A stretch of DNA of 64,000 bases, from assembly GCA_049322655.1 (NCBI GenBank), contig JBMORP010000006.1, positions 128,410 through 192,409 on the forward strand. Reading direction: 5' to 3'. The notes beneath the pieces are model-generated. The model was not told the origin of the DNA. It was given only the letters and a program-made list of their open reading frames with translations, and did no database searches. Source of the stretch: Patescibacteria group bacterium. GTDB taxonomy: Bacteria > Patescibacteriota > Microgenomatia > UBA1400 > PJMF01. The translations under genes and the position numbers were made by a program. Positions 48,120 through 57,707 of the stretch are shown piece after piece (position 1 is the stretch's first letter; the number at the start of each line of letters is the position of its first letter).

Positions 48120-49613
48120 TTATTTTTTAAGTAAGTTTTTAAATTCAAGTACAATCTTTTTTCTACCGACCACAAAAATACCAATTAGATAAGCCAAAGA
48201 ACTAATCAACATCCCCAGAAGCAAATGTTTCAAACTTACAGACCAATAATTAAGTCCTAACAACCCAATAGTTACCATTAAGCCAGCCCCAAAGCCAGCT
48301 TCCTTGATTTGAGGCAGCACTTCAACTGGCAGATATTTTTTGACCATTTTGATAGAAAACAGTGAAGTAAAAGAAATTATAAAAGCAGCTAAGGCCACCC
48401 CATTAAACCCAAACAACCAAATAAAAATTGGTGTTAAAATCCAAGTTAAAGTAGTCCACATAATCATTAGTTTCAAAGTCTGATTAATATGACCAATCGC
48501 ATTGAGAGTATTTACCAATGGAGTAGTCAAAGCAGCCCAACCAATACTCAAAGCAAACATAATAAAACTAAAAATGGCTGGTTCCCATTTGGCATATTCT
48601 TCAATTACTTGAGTTAATGGCCAAATGAAAACACTCATCCCAATTAAAATCGGAAAAATTGCTAAAGAAATAAAGAAAATTGATTTTTCAATCGCCTTTT
48701 TGAGCAAATCTTGGCGGTGTTGTAACCGAGAATAAGTGGGGAAGGTAATTGCCATTACATTCTGTACTGTTAAATTATATGGATACATAGACCAATTTTT
48801 TGACCACTGAATATAACCAAATTGATCTAATGGCAGAAAAACACCCAAACCAAGATAAAACAGTTGATCTTTAATCCTGGCCAAAAAATCATTGAGCTGA
48901 AATTTTAAGCCAAAGTTCAACATTGATTTGAGAATTTTGTTATTCCACATAAAACCAATTCCTTGCCATGGCTCAATCAACCACATGGCTATTACTCCCA
49001 CCACAGATCTGGCAATAATCGCATAAGCATAAGCCATCACCCCCATACCCCGCCAAGCCAAAACAATTAGTAAACTATAGAAAACTGACTGTTCAAAAAT
49101 TTGTGGTAAAACTAGTTTCTGAAAAAGTAATTTTCTTTCTAAACGAATAGATGAAACTGTTTTTAAAGTGGCTAAAGGAAAAGAAATTGCCAAACTCAAC
49201 AATACCCATACCCCAGCATCACCAACTTTTTGTTGTATAAAACCAAAACTTAGTAGCAGTAAAATCACCCCTACAATCAACCAAGATAGAAGCCATTGCA
49301 AAGTAAAAGCCACTTGGTACGCATGGTTGTCTGGATCTTGTTTTTGCTGAACCAAGGCAGCCGCCAAACCAATATCAGAAAAGAAAATTAACAGACCAAT
49401 AATTTGAGTGACAAAACCATAAACTCCGAAATCACTAGGAGAGAAAAAAGCACTGAGAATAAAAGCAGCCACTAAACCAATCGTTTGTAAGAAAGCTGTG
49501 CGAAAAAAATAAGAAATCACCCCAGAAACAGATTTTTTCTTGATCTCAACAACCTCATCATCCATTAGCTCTTCAATTTCGTCTGTAGTATCAACAACTG
49601 TTTGATTAATCAT
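48120..49613 (-). CDS. wzx: Wzx-type oligosaccharide flippase (PST family, WzxC-like)
   Basis: FSPSDFGVYG, FSDIGLAAALVQ, LERKLLF, FPTYSRLQ; about 12-14 TM segments. Confidence 0.85.
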   Translation of the reverse strand: MINQTVVDTTDEIEELMDDEVVEIKKKSVSGVISYFFRTAFLQTIGLVAAFILSAFFSPSDFGVYGFVTQIIGLLIFFSDIGLAAALVQQKQDPDNHAYQVAFTLQWLLSWLIVGVILLLLSFGFIQQKVGDAGVWVLLSLAISFPLATLKTVSSIRLERKLLFQKLVLPQIFEQSVFYSLLIVLAWRGMGVMAYAYAIIARSVVGVIAMWLIEPWQGIGFMWNNKILKSMLNFGLKFQLNDFLARIKDQLFYLGLGVFLPLDQFGYIQWSKNWSMYPYNLTVQNVMAITFPTYSRLQHRQDLLKKAIEKSIFFISLAIFPILIGMSVFIWPLTQVIEEYAKWEPAIFSFIMFALSIGWAALTTPLVNTLNAIGHINQTLKLMIMWTTLTWILTPIFIWLFGFNGVALAAFIISFTSLFSIKMVKKYLPVEVLPQIKEAGFGAGLMVTIGLLGLNYWSVSLKHLLLGMLISSLAYLIGIFVVGRKKIVLEFKNLLKK

Positions 49614-51370
49614 GATTCAATTTTTAATTGTTTACTAAGAGTTTTTTTGGGCCAAACCAAGTAAATGAAGCTCAACCAAGCCAATAAACTCACGATGTCT
49701 GCCCAATTTCTTAAGCTAGTTCCTATAAATTTCAGGCTAACCAAGTGATTACCAGCAGGTATATTTAATAAAATATTACCATTTTCTGCTCGATCTTTAC
49801 TCCACCACTGACCGTCTATTTCTGCTGTCCAGCCAGGATAATTAGCAACCGCCAACTCCACAGCTTGAGCTTGACTAAAATTGGTTTTAATCAGTTTTTC
49901 ATGAGTTCTATCGGCTAAAATCTCTACTTCATCAGCTTGATATTGGCTCATCACCAAACTGGTGGGAATGATAGTTGGTTTTTCAACCATATCCGCAGAA
50001 ATATAATCAGGCAAAATACTACTTAATTCACGTCTAATTCTAGTCTGATCAGTATAGTAATAATCATTAGCATTAGTTAAATACTCTTCTGGCCTAAAAT
50101 AAATTGCACCACTAAAGACCGTTATCACTACCAATATACCCACCAACCAACCTCTAATAATCTTGTTACTAATTAACCAAACTAAACTAGCTAATAATAA
50201 AGCAAAGAAAACAATCGCTACTCCCAGCCATCTCCAAGGAAACTGAATAAATTTGAATAAACTAATTTGTTCCCAAATAAATTGAGTTTTAAGTAAACTC
50301 ATTAACGTAGTTAAAACAAATAAACCTGCTAATAAACTACTAAAAAACAAAATTCTTGGCGTAATAATTTTTTCTTTTTTAAAGCATTGTTTAAATAAAC
50401 TCACTAACCAAAAAACTACTAATAAACCTAGTGAAATGAGTTGTCCCCAACCCAAAAAGAAAGAAATACCATCATTAGCACCCCATTCACTACCACCATA
50501 ACCCCAATTGGGTTTAAAAAATTGGCGAATGTACAAAAAATGCAAATGGTAATCAAAATATGGTGTCAAAATAATTTTTTCTACTTGAGTGAAGTTTTTT
50601 TCAACAAAAGCTGGAATTAAATAAAAGCTAGCAGCCATAACAGCCAAGAAACCACTGCCAATTAATTGACTCCAGATTCGTAAAAAATTCTTAGCCCTAA
50701 ATCGATTTTTTCTAAAAATTTCTGGAGCCTGCTGCCAAACCATCCAAGCAAAATAACCTCCAGCAAAAACTCCTAAAATAGGCAAAAAAATCATCGTGGT
50801 AATGTTGTGTGACAGAAATAAACCAACTAAAGCTAAGAAAAAGATTTTCCAACCCTGTTTTTCTTGATGAAAAATCTTAATTAAACCTAATAAAATCCAT
50901 GGCAAAAACATCATCCCCCAAGCTTCATTCAAAGCCCCTCTGGCAAATAAATTCATTGCCCGATATGGAGCCAAAGTCAAAAAAACCGTAGTTAATAGGC
51001 CCCCTAATTGGCCAAACAACCGTTTCCCCAAAAAGTAACTACCCAAAAGAGTTCCTAGGTTGGATAACAAATATAAAAACTTAATACTACTGATAATATT
51101 GCCAAAAACTAAATAAAAACTTGCCCCAAAGTAAAAGGGCAACGGACCATAAAACTCAAATAAAGGCATTCCGTAACCATATCCAAAGTTGCTCGTCCAC
51201 CTCACTGGAAAATGGCCATCTTGTAAAGCCCTAGCCATTTCAACAATCCTTCCAGCATGAGTAAAATCATGAACTCGAAAAAACTGATCAGTCACTAACA
51301 AAGACCAAGAAGAGGCCAAAAAAATTAGTAACAAAAAAGACAAAACAAACCACTGTTTGAGTTTCTGCAC
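49610..51370 (-). CDS. YfhO/'PTPS-related' polytopic membrane protein (putative GT-C)
   Basis: VHDFTH, FPVRW..GYGYGMPLFEFYGPL, RGALNE, LSHN, QFPWRW, YPGW. Start likely GTG 51370 (the ORF track uses TTG 51397). Confidence 0.72.
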   Translation of the reverse strand: MQKLKQWFVLSFLLLIFLASSWSLLVTDQFFRVHDFTHAGRIVEMARALQDGHFPVRWTSNFGYGYGMPLFEFYGPLPFYFGASFYLVFGNIISSIKFLYLLSNLGTLLGSYFLGKRLFGQLGGLLTTVFLTLAPYRAMNLFARGALNEAWGMMFLPWILLGLIKIFHQEKQGWKIFFLALVGLFLSHNITTMIFLPILGVFAGGYFAWMVWQQAPEIFRKNRFRAKNFLRIWSQLIGSGFLAVMAASFYLIPAFVEKNFTQVEKIILTPYFDYHLHFLYIRQFFKPNWGYGGSEWGANDGISFFLGWGQLISLGLLVVFWLVSLFKQCFKKEKIITPRILFFSSLLAGLFVLTTLMSLLKTQFIWEQISLFKFIQFPWRWLGVAIVFFALLLASLVWLISNKIIRGWLVGILVVITVFSGAIYFRPEEYLTNANDYYYTDQTRIRRELSSILPDYISADMVEKPTIIPTSLVMSQYQADEVEILADRTHEKLIKTNFSQAQAVELAVANYPGWTAEIDGQWWSKDRAENGNILLNIPAGNHLVSLKFIGTSLRNWADIVSLLAWLSFIYLVWPKKTLSKQLKIES

Positions 51371-51438
51371 AGCACTATTGTAGCCTAAGATTGACAAAAT
51401 TCGTATACAATAGACCTGTAGTGAAATAAAATTAAATT

Positions 51439-52575
51439 ATGAAAAAAGAGTTACCAATTACCGAACCACCTTCCCAACAACCAAAAACTCAACAAGATTC
51501 TCAATATTCAAACAACTTATTTAAACTATTTATTAAGGTAAATTTATTATCTTTGTTCTTTGCAAGTTTAATGTTACTAATTACTGCCCTGGGAGTTGGA
51601 GTTTGGGGTTACACAAAATTTCAAAAATTTTCTCAAACTGCTGGGGTAAGTTTCTCTGAGTTAAAAACTTCTTTTACAAGCGGTTGGCAACAGGAACCTC
51701 TGGCAACTAATGGCTACAAAAATTTTCTGTTACTAGGCGTCGATTCCCTATCAGGCAGAGGAGATGTCCCTCCATTAACTGACACAATGATGCTGGTTTC
51801 ACTAAATCTAGATACTGGCAAAATCATCACCCTACCCTTTCCCAGAGATTTATGGTCAGAAAAATATAAAACTAAAATTAACGCTCTTTATTATTATGGC
51901 TTTGATCGTTATCCAGTTAATCCAGCTAGATTTGTTGAAGAAACTTTGGAAGAACTAACTGCAGTCACTATTCATCACACTATAGTGTTATCTTTGGACC
52001 AACTAGAAGAATTAATCGATTTAGTTGGTGGAGTTAATCTTGATATTCCACTTGGTTTTGTAGATGAAAAATTCCCCAGACCTGGAGTTGATGTCACTAT
52101 AGAACGAGATCCCAAAATCCTTTACCAAACCATCTCTTTTGAGCCAGGCCAACAAACCTTAACTGGTGAAAAAGCTCTTCAATATATTCGAAGCAGACAC
52201 AGTGAAGGAGATGCAGGTACAGATCTAGCCAGGGGTGAAAGACAACAACTAGTAATCAAAGCTCTTTTTTCTCAGCTAATGGAACCCAAACAATATCTAG
52301 AAAATCCAGCTTTGGCTGGTCAACTTTATAAATTTTACGAACAAAATTTCGCCGAAGTACTCCCTTTAACAGAACTAATTGCCACAGGCAAGAAACTGGC
52401 ACCAATCAGAGCTGAGATAACAATTGCTGGCCACCAACTTTCAACCACCAAAGACGACCCTAAGACAGGAGTTTTGGCCAACCCTAAGCCTTCTTATCTT
52501 TACCAAAATCAGTGGGTCTATGTAATCACTGACGAAGAATTATTTAAACAGGAAATTAGTAATCTTTTTCAATAA
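51439..52575 (+). CDS. LytR-CpsA-Psr (LCP) glycopolymer phosphotransferase
   Basis: N-terminal TM, NFLLLGVD, TDTMMLVS, PRDL, KINALY, IDLVGGV, ALQYIRSRH, DLARGERQQ. Confidence 0.93.
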   Translation: MKKELPITEPPSQQPKTQQDSQYSNNLFKLFIKVNLLSLFFASLMLLITALGVGVWGYTKFQKFSQTAGVSFSELKTSFTSGWQQEPLATNGYKNFLLLGVDSLSGRGDVPPLTDTMMLVSLNLDTGKIITLPFPRDLWSEKYKTKINALYYYGFDRYPVNPARFVEETLEELTAVTIHHTIVLSLDQLEELIDLVGGVNLDIPLGFVDEKFPRPGVDVTIERDPKILYQTISFEPGQQTLTGEKALQYIRSRHSEGDAGTDLARGERQQLVIKALFSQLMEPKQYLENPALAGQLYKFYEQNFAEVLPLTELIATGKKLAPIRAEITIAGHQLSTTKDDPKTGVLANPKPSYLYQNQWVYVITDEELFKQEISNLFQ

Positions 52576-52616
52576 ACAACACTTTAAGTTATACTTAACT
52601 AGACTTTATTTAACTT

Positions 52617-52814
52617 ATGAAAAAATTACTTGAACAAACTCTGCCCCAACCTTTTCCACCTACAATAGTGATTAGGTTTTTATTGGGAATAATTGTTGTT
52701 TTAACCTTTATAGCCGGCTATTATCATTCAATGTTGGAAATAGAAAAAAAGAAATTAGACAATTTACAAATGAATCAATACAATGCTGAAGGACTAAATT
52801 TTAAGGAATACTAA
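52617..52814 (+). CDS. Small single-pass membrane protein (65 aa)
   Basis: Co-oriented in the operon between LCP and rmlB; one TM followed by a charged helix. Confidence 0.55.
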   Translation: MKKLLEQTLPQPFPPTIVIRFLLGIIVVLTFIAGYYHSMLEIEKKKLDNLQMNQYNAEGLNFKEY

Positions 52815-52818
52815 ATAT

Positions 52819-53832
52819 ATGGCAAAAACACTTCTAGTTACTGGCGGAGCTGGTTTCATTGGCTCTAATTTTGTACTTTATTGGTTAAAAAATCACCCTA
52901 CAGACAAAGTTATTAATCTAGATAAACTCACTTATGCTGGTAATTTAGACAACCTAAAAACAGTCGAAACTAATCCCAATTACACCTTTATTCATGGTGA
53001 TATTGGCAATAAAAAACTAGTTGATAAAATCATGGCCGATGTTGATACAGTGGTTCACTTCGCTGCCGAATCTCATGTTGATCGCTCAATCAAAAATCCA
53101 GAGGTTTTTTTGGAAACAAACATCATTGGCACACAAATTCTACTAGAATCAGCTTTAAAAAATAAAATTAAACGTTTTCATCATATTTCTACCGATGAGG
53201 TGTTTGGAGCTTTGGAATTAAATACTAGCGAAAAATTCTCTCACGATACTGCCTATAACCCTCACAGCCCTTACTCAGCTAGTAAGGCTGCATCTGATCA
53301 TTTGGTCAGAGCCTATGGCACCACTTACGGTCTGCCATACACTATTACCAACTGCTCAAATAACTATGGTGAATATCAATTTCCAGAAAAATTTATTTCT
53401 TTGACTATTACCAATTTGTTAGAAGGAAAAACTATTCCGGTTTATGGTGATGGTCTTTACGTTCGTGACTGGCTTTACGTCCAAGACCACTGTACTGCAA
53501 TTGATAAGGTTTTAACTGAAGGCAAGGAACATGAGACTTATCTAGTTGGAGGTTTAACCAAAGATGTTTCTAATTTGGAAATCTCAAAAATGATTTTAGA
53601 AAAAATGGGAGCAAGTGAAGATAAAATTGAGTATGTCAAAGATAGACCTGGTCACGATCGCCGCTACGCCGTTGATTGGAGCAAGATTCAACAAGAGTTG
53701 GGTTGGGAGCCAAGTGTTTCTCTAGAGGAGGGTTTAGAAAAAACCATTGCTTGGTACCAAGAAAATCAAGCCTGGTGGCAAAAACTTAAGGCTAGTCAAC
53801 AAGCCTACTTCTCAGAACAATATAAAAAATAA
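52819..53832 (+). CDS. rmlB: dTDP-glucose 4,6-dehydratase
   Basis: GGAGFIGSNF, DKLTYAGN, AAESHVDRSI, STDEVFG, SPYSASK, NCSNNYG, DRPGHDRRY. Confidence 0.96.
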   Translation: MAKTLLVTGGAGFIGSNFVLYWLKNHPTDKVINLDKLTYAGNLDNLKTVETNPNYTFIHGDIGNKKLVDKIMADVDTVVHFAAESHVDRSIKNPEVFLETNIIGTQILLESALKNKIKRFHHISTDEVFGALELNTSEKFSHDTAYNPHSPYSASKAASDHLVRAYGTTYGLPYTITNCSNNYGEYQFPEKFISLTITNLLEGKTIPVYGDGLYVRDWLYVQDHCTAIDKVLTEGKEHETYLVGGLTKDVSNLEISKMILEKMGASEDKIEYVKDRPGHDRRYAVDWSKIQQELGWEPSVSLEEGLEKTIAWYQENQAWWQKLKASQQAYFSEQYKK

Positions 53833-53848
53833 AGAAAGATTATTACCT

Positions 53849-54721
53849 ATGAAAACAATTCTCACGACTGGCTTAAATGGTTTGGTTGGCTCTAGATTTG
53901 CGCTAGATTTCAAAAATGAATATTCATTTGATAATCTGGATTTGAGAGATGAAAAGCAGCCAACTGATATTACTAACTATGACCAAGTTTTGAACAGATT
54001 TCAGAATTCAATAGCTACTCATGTTATTCACTTAGCAGCCTATACCGATGTCACCGGTGCTTGGCAACAAACTGGAGACAAAAATGGTATTGCTTATCAA
54101 GTTAATGTGGTTGGTACTGAGAATGTGGTCAAAGCAGCAGAAACTACGAATAAACATGTTATTTATGTTTCTACCGCCTATGTTTTCGATGGTGAAAAAA
54201 AAGAACTTTATACTGAAGAAGATACGCCAAAACCAATTGAATGGTATGGAGAAACTAAGTATTTAGCCGAAGAAATAGTTAAACAAGCCCAATGCCCTTG
54301 GACTATCTTGAGAATTGATCAACCTTTTAGAGCTGATTCATTCGAAAAAGTAGACACTGCCCATCGAGTAATGAAAGGCATCAAAGAAGGCTCTCTCTAC
54401 CCACAATTTACTAATCACTATTTTGGTCCAACTTATGTCAATGATTTTGCCAAAATTATGGATTTCATCATTAGAACTAGTCCAACCGGACTTTTTCATG
54501 CTTCTAGCGGAGAAAGTTGGACAGACTATGATTTTGCGGTAGCAATTAATGATATTCATCAACTTGGTGGAAAAATTGGTCAAGGTGACTTAGAAGTTTA
54601 CTTAGCTAGTTCAGAACGACCTTATCAACGCAATACTGCCATGAGCAACAAAAAATTATTAGAGATTTTAGATTTTGAGCTTAAGACAATTAGACAAGCT
54701 CTAGCAGAAATTAAAGATTAG
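53849..54721 (+). CDS. rmlD: dTDP-4-dehydrorhamnose reductase-like protein
   Basis: TGLNGLVG, HLAAYTDV, STAYVFDG, YGETK. Start at ATG 53849. Confidence 0.8.
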   Translation: MKTILTTGLNGLVGSRFALDFKNEYSFDNLDLRDEKQPTDITNYDQVLNRFQNSIATHVIHLAAYTDVTGAWQQTGDKNGIAYQVNVVGTENVVKAAETTNKHVIYVSTAYVFDGEKKELYTEEDTPKPIEWYGETKYLAEEIVKQAQCPWTILRIDQPFRADSFEKVDTAHRVMKGIKEGSLYPQFTNHYFGPTYVNDFAKIMDFIIRTSPTGLFHASSGESWTDYDFAVAINDIHQLGGKIGQGDLEVYLASSERPYQRNTAMSNKKLLEILDFELKTIRQALAEIKD

Positions 54722-55371
54722 CTAGCTTTTTTTCGTTGAGCAGTTCGCCAGTTAGTGATTTTTTTGTGATCACCGGTCAAAAGTACTGTCGGTACTGACC
54801 AATTTTTATAAATTTCTGGTCGAGTGTATTGGGGAAAACCCAACTGACCAGGTTGATCATGAGATTCGCCCTGATTGCTCTCTTCATTGCCTAAAACACC
54901 AGGCAACAATCTCGCTACACTATCAACAATCACTACAGCGGCTGGCTCTCCCCCTGTCAAAACATAATCACCAATCCTAATCTCCTCATCAATTAAATGT
55001 TCAACTATCCGCTCATCTACCCCTTCATAGTGACCACAAATAATAGCTATTCTTTTGAGCTCAGCTAAAATCTTGGCTTGTTGCTGGTTATAAAGCTTTC
55101 CCTGAGCCGAAGTTAAAATGATTTTCTCTCCTGCTGTACCTTTTTTAAAACCATGAGTTTGTAACGCTAGATCAATCGGCTCAACTTTCATTACCATTCC
55201 TGGACCACCTCCATAAGGTCGATCATCAGTGACCTGATGTTTGTCCAGAGCAAAATCTCTAATATTTACTAATTTGATCAATCGCTGATCAAGATTAGCT
55301 CGACCTAAAATCGAGGTCGTAAAAGGACCTTGGAAAAAATCCGGAAATAAAGTAAAAATAACAATCTCCAT
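54718..55371 (-). CDS. trmD: tRNA (guanine-N1)-methyltransferase
   Basis: TLFP, DDRPYGGGPGMVM, CGHYEGVDER, IGDYVLTGGE, PQYTRP, LLTGDH. Start at ATG 55371. Confidence 0.96.
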   Translation of the reverse strand: MEIVIFTLFPDFFQGPFTTSILGRANLDQRLIKLVNIRDFALDKHQVTDDRPYGGGPGMVMKVEPIDLALQTHGFKKGTAGEKIILTSAQGKLYNQQQAKILAELKRIAIICGHYEGVDERIVEHLIDEEIRIGDYVLTGGEPAAVVIVDSVARLLPGVLGNEESNQGESHDQPGQLGFPQYTRPEIYKNWSVPTVLLTGDHKKITNWRTAQRKKAS

Positions 55372-55377
55372 AATGCA

Positions 55378-55404
55378 ATTATATAATGATATACTTGGCA
55401 AGTA
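55378..55404. promoter_or_regulatory. Divergent trmD/ugd promoter: palindromic ATTATATAAT (TATAAT on both strands) plus TACTTG-g-CAAGTA inverted repeat
   Basis: Read directly: 55378-55387 and 55392-55404. Confidence 0.5.
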
Positions 55405-55431
55405 AGATATAAATTTTTGAAAGAATTTATC

Positions 55432-56733
55432 ATGAATGTAACTTTTATTGGCACCGGTTTTGTAGGCGTGGTAAGTGCTGCTGTTTATGCTTCTTTCGGC
55501 AACCAAGTCATTGGCTTGGATGTTGATGAAAATAAGATTTCATCACTTAAAAATAGTAAGGTGCCATTTTTTGAGCCAGGATTGGAAGAGCTCCTCACTC
55601 AACAACAACAAACTGGTAATCTCACCTTCACCACTGACTATAAAACTGCCATTAGAAACGCTGATGTCATCATGATTGCTGTCGGTACTCCCTCAGCACC
55701 AGATGGCCAAGCAGATCTCAAATACGTTTTTGCCAGCGCTGAATCTTTGGCACCACATCTAAAAACAGGCGCCATTGTTGCCATCAAATCAACTGTTCCA
55801 CCTGGAACCTTAAACAAAGTTGAAGAAATCATCAAAAATAAAACTCGAACAAAGTTTTTTACTGCTTCAGTGCCAGAATTTTTAAAAGAAGGCAGCGCTG
55901 TTCAAGATACTCTCCGACCAGATCGGGTGGTGATTGGAGCAGTTGATCAAGAAGTCTTCGAAAAACTAGAAAAACTTCACCAACCACTCAATGCCCCTAT
56001 TGTTAAAGTCAAACCAGAATCAGCTCAGATGGCCAAATATTCAGCTAATGCCTACTTGGCTACTAGAATCACCTTTATCAATCAAATTGCTGATTTATGT
56101 GAAAAAAACGGCGCTGATGTTAATGACATTGTTAAAGCAATTGGTTTTGATAAAAGAATTGGTCAACATTACTGGTATCCTGGCTTGGGTTATGGTGGTT
56201 CTTGCTTCCCCAAAGACGTTAAAGAGCTAGCTGCTTATTCTAGAGCCGTCAATGAAAGTGATAATCTATTTAACAAAATCAGCGAACTAAATGAAAATAG
56301 AATTCCCAAACTACTAAGAAAGTTTGAAGAAGAAGTTAGCGGTTGGGAAAACAAACAAATCGCTATTTTGGGCTTATCTTTCAAACCAAACACTGATGAT
56401 ATGAGAGAAGCCCCCTCAACCAAAATTATTCCGATTTTGTTAAGTAAAGGAGCCAGAGTTACTAGCTATGACCCAATGGCTTCATGGAAAAATTTCTTTA
56501 GATTGGACAATCTAGAAAAAAATCATCAACAAGTAAAAACTATCCAAGAAGCGGTTGAACATGCTGATGTCATTATGAGTTTAATCGAATGGCCAGAAAT
56601 TACTCAATTTGATTTTTCAAAGACCAAACACCCTGATAGAATGCAATGGTTTATTGATGCCAGAAATCAATTTCATCCTCAAACTTTGCAACAACAAAAA
56701 TATCAATATCTTGGTATAGGAAAAACCAATTAA
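55432..56733 (+). CDS. ugd: UDP-glucose/GDP-mannose 6-dehydrogenase
   Basis: GTGFVG, AVGTPS, KSTVPPGT, PEFLKEGSA, GYGGSCFPKD, GLSFKPNTDDMRE. Confidence 0.93.
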   Translation: MNVTFIGTGFVGVVSAAVYASFGNQVIGLDVDENKISSLKNSKVPFFEPGLEELLTQQQQTGNLTFTTDYKTAIRNADVIMIAVGTPSAPDGQADLKYVFASAESLAPHLKTGAIVAIKSTVPPGTLNKVEEIIKNKTRTKFFTASVPEFLKEGSAVQDTLRPDRVVIGAVDQEVFEKLEKLHQPLNAPIVKVKPESAQMAKYSANAYLATRITFINQIADLCEKNGADVNDIVKAIGFDKRIGQHYWYPGLGYGGSCFPKDVKELAAYSRAVNESDNLFNKISELNENRIPKLLRKFEEEVSGWENKQIAILGLSFKPNTDDMREAPSTKIIPILLSKGARVTSYDPMASWKNFFRLDNLEKNHQQVKTIQEAVEHADVIMSLIEWPEITQFDFSKTKHPDRMQWFIDARNQFHPQTLQQQKYQYLGIGKTN

Positions 56734-56746
56734 AAAGGATTAATTA

Positions 56747-57697
56747 GTGCAAAAAAACATTCTAATTACTGGTGGAACTGGTTTTGTTGGAACTCATTTA
56801 GTCAAAGAGTTAATCAAACAAGGTACTACCGCTGAAAATATTCATGTTACTACATTAAAAAAAGAACCTCATCTTTATGAAAACGGGTCTTTGCCAGAAC
56901 AAAATTATCACGCTGCTGACTTAACTAAATCAACAGTTGTTCTGGAACTATTCGAAAAACTGCGCCCACAATTAATTTATAACTTAGCTAGTTTTTCAGC
57001 TCCTGGTTTAAGTTTGGAAAAAAAGAGTTTGACTCTATCAATTAATACCAACATTCAGCTTAATGTACTTGAGGCCATGAGACTTCACACTCCACAAGCA
57101 AGATTGCTGTCAATTGGCAGCGGCACTGAATATGCCCCTTCTACCAAACCTTTAAACGAAACTGATCCACTTGGTCCCAGGAACCCGTATGCCGTTTCCA
57201 AAGTTACTCAAGACATGTTAGCTAGTAGCTACTTTGCTAGTCATAATCTAGACATTATCAGAGTAAGACCATTCAATCATATCGGTGAATATCAAGCTCG
57301 TGGTTTTGTGGTAACTGATTTTGTTTATCAAATCACCCAAGAAATAGAAAAAGGTCTCAAAAACGAGATCCAGGTGGGAAATCTAGAAGTTAAAAGAGAT
57401 TTTACTGACGTCAAAGATGTAGTAAAGGCTTATATCCTACTGATGAAAACTGCTCCAGCCGGGGAAATATACAATATTGGTAGTGGTCAAGCTATTTCGA
57501 TCAAAGAATTATTAGAAAAACTCAAAGCCATGTCAACAGTAGACTTTAACATCGTGATTGATGAAACCAAGCAAAGAACTGGGGATGTCGATATTAGTGT
57601 CGCTGATATTAGTAAGATCAAGAACTTGGGTTGGGAACCAACAATTCCCCTCGACACAACCCTCCAAAGAATAGTACAGTGGTGGAGAGAAAAATAG
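56747..57697 (+). CDS. GDP-4-keto-6-deoxymannose reductase-like SDR (Rmd-type)
   Basis: [40 protein letters not shown]; directly upstream of gmd. Confidence 0.72.
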   Translation: MQKNILITGGTGFVGTHLVKELIKQGTTAENIHVTTLKKEPHLYENGSLPEQNYHAADLTKSTVVLELFEKLRPQLIYNLASFSAPGLSLEKKSLTLSINTNIQLNVLEAMRLHTPQARLLSIGSGTEYAPSTKPLNETDPLGPRNPYAVSKVTQDMLASSYFASHNLDIIRVRPFNHIGEYQARGFVVTDFVYQITQEIEKGLKNEIQVGNLEVKRDFTDVKDVVKAYILLMKTAPAGEIYNIGSGQAISIKELLEKLKAMSTVDFNIVIDETKQRTGDVDISVADISKIKNLGWEPTIPLDTTLQRIVQWWREK

Positions 57698-57707
57698 AGA
57701 GGTATTT

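Noticed and set aside
51391-51411. TTGACA (51391-96) paired with TACAAT (51406-11) as the LCP promoter
   Set aside because: The spacing is only 9 bp, so they cannot form one sigma70 promoter; TACAAT alone may still function.
55372-55506. Long N-terminal extensions in the ORF track (trmD from 55506; also 36101, 44824, 48184, 53747)
   Set aside because: They overlap neighbouring genes and precede the family-typical N-termini; downstream ATGs fit better.
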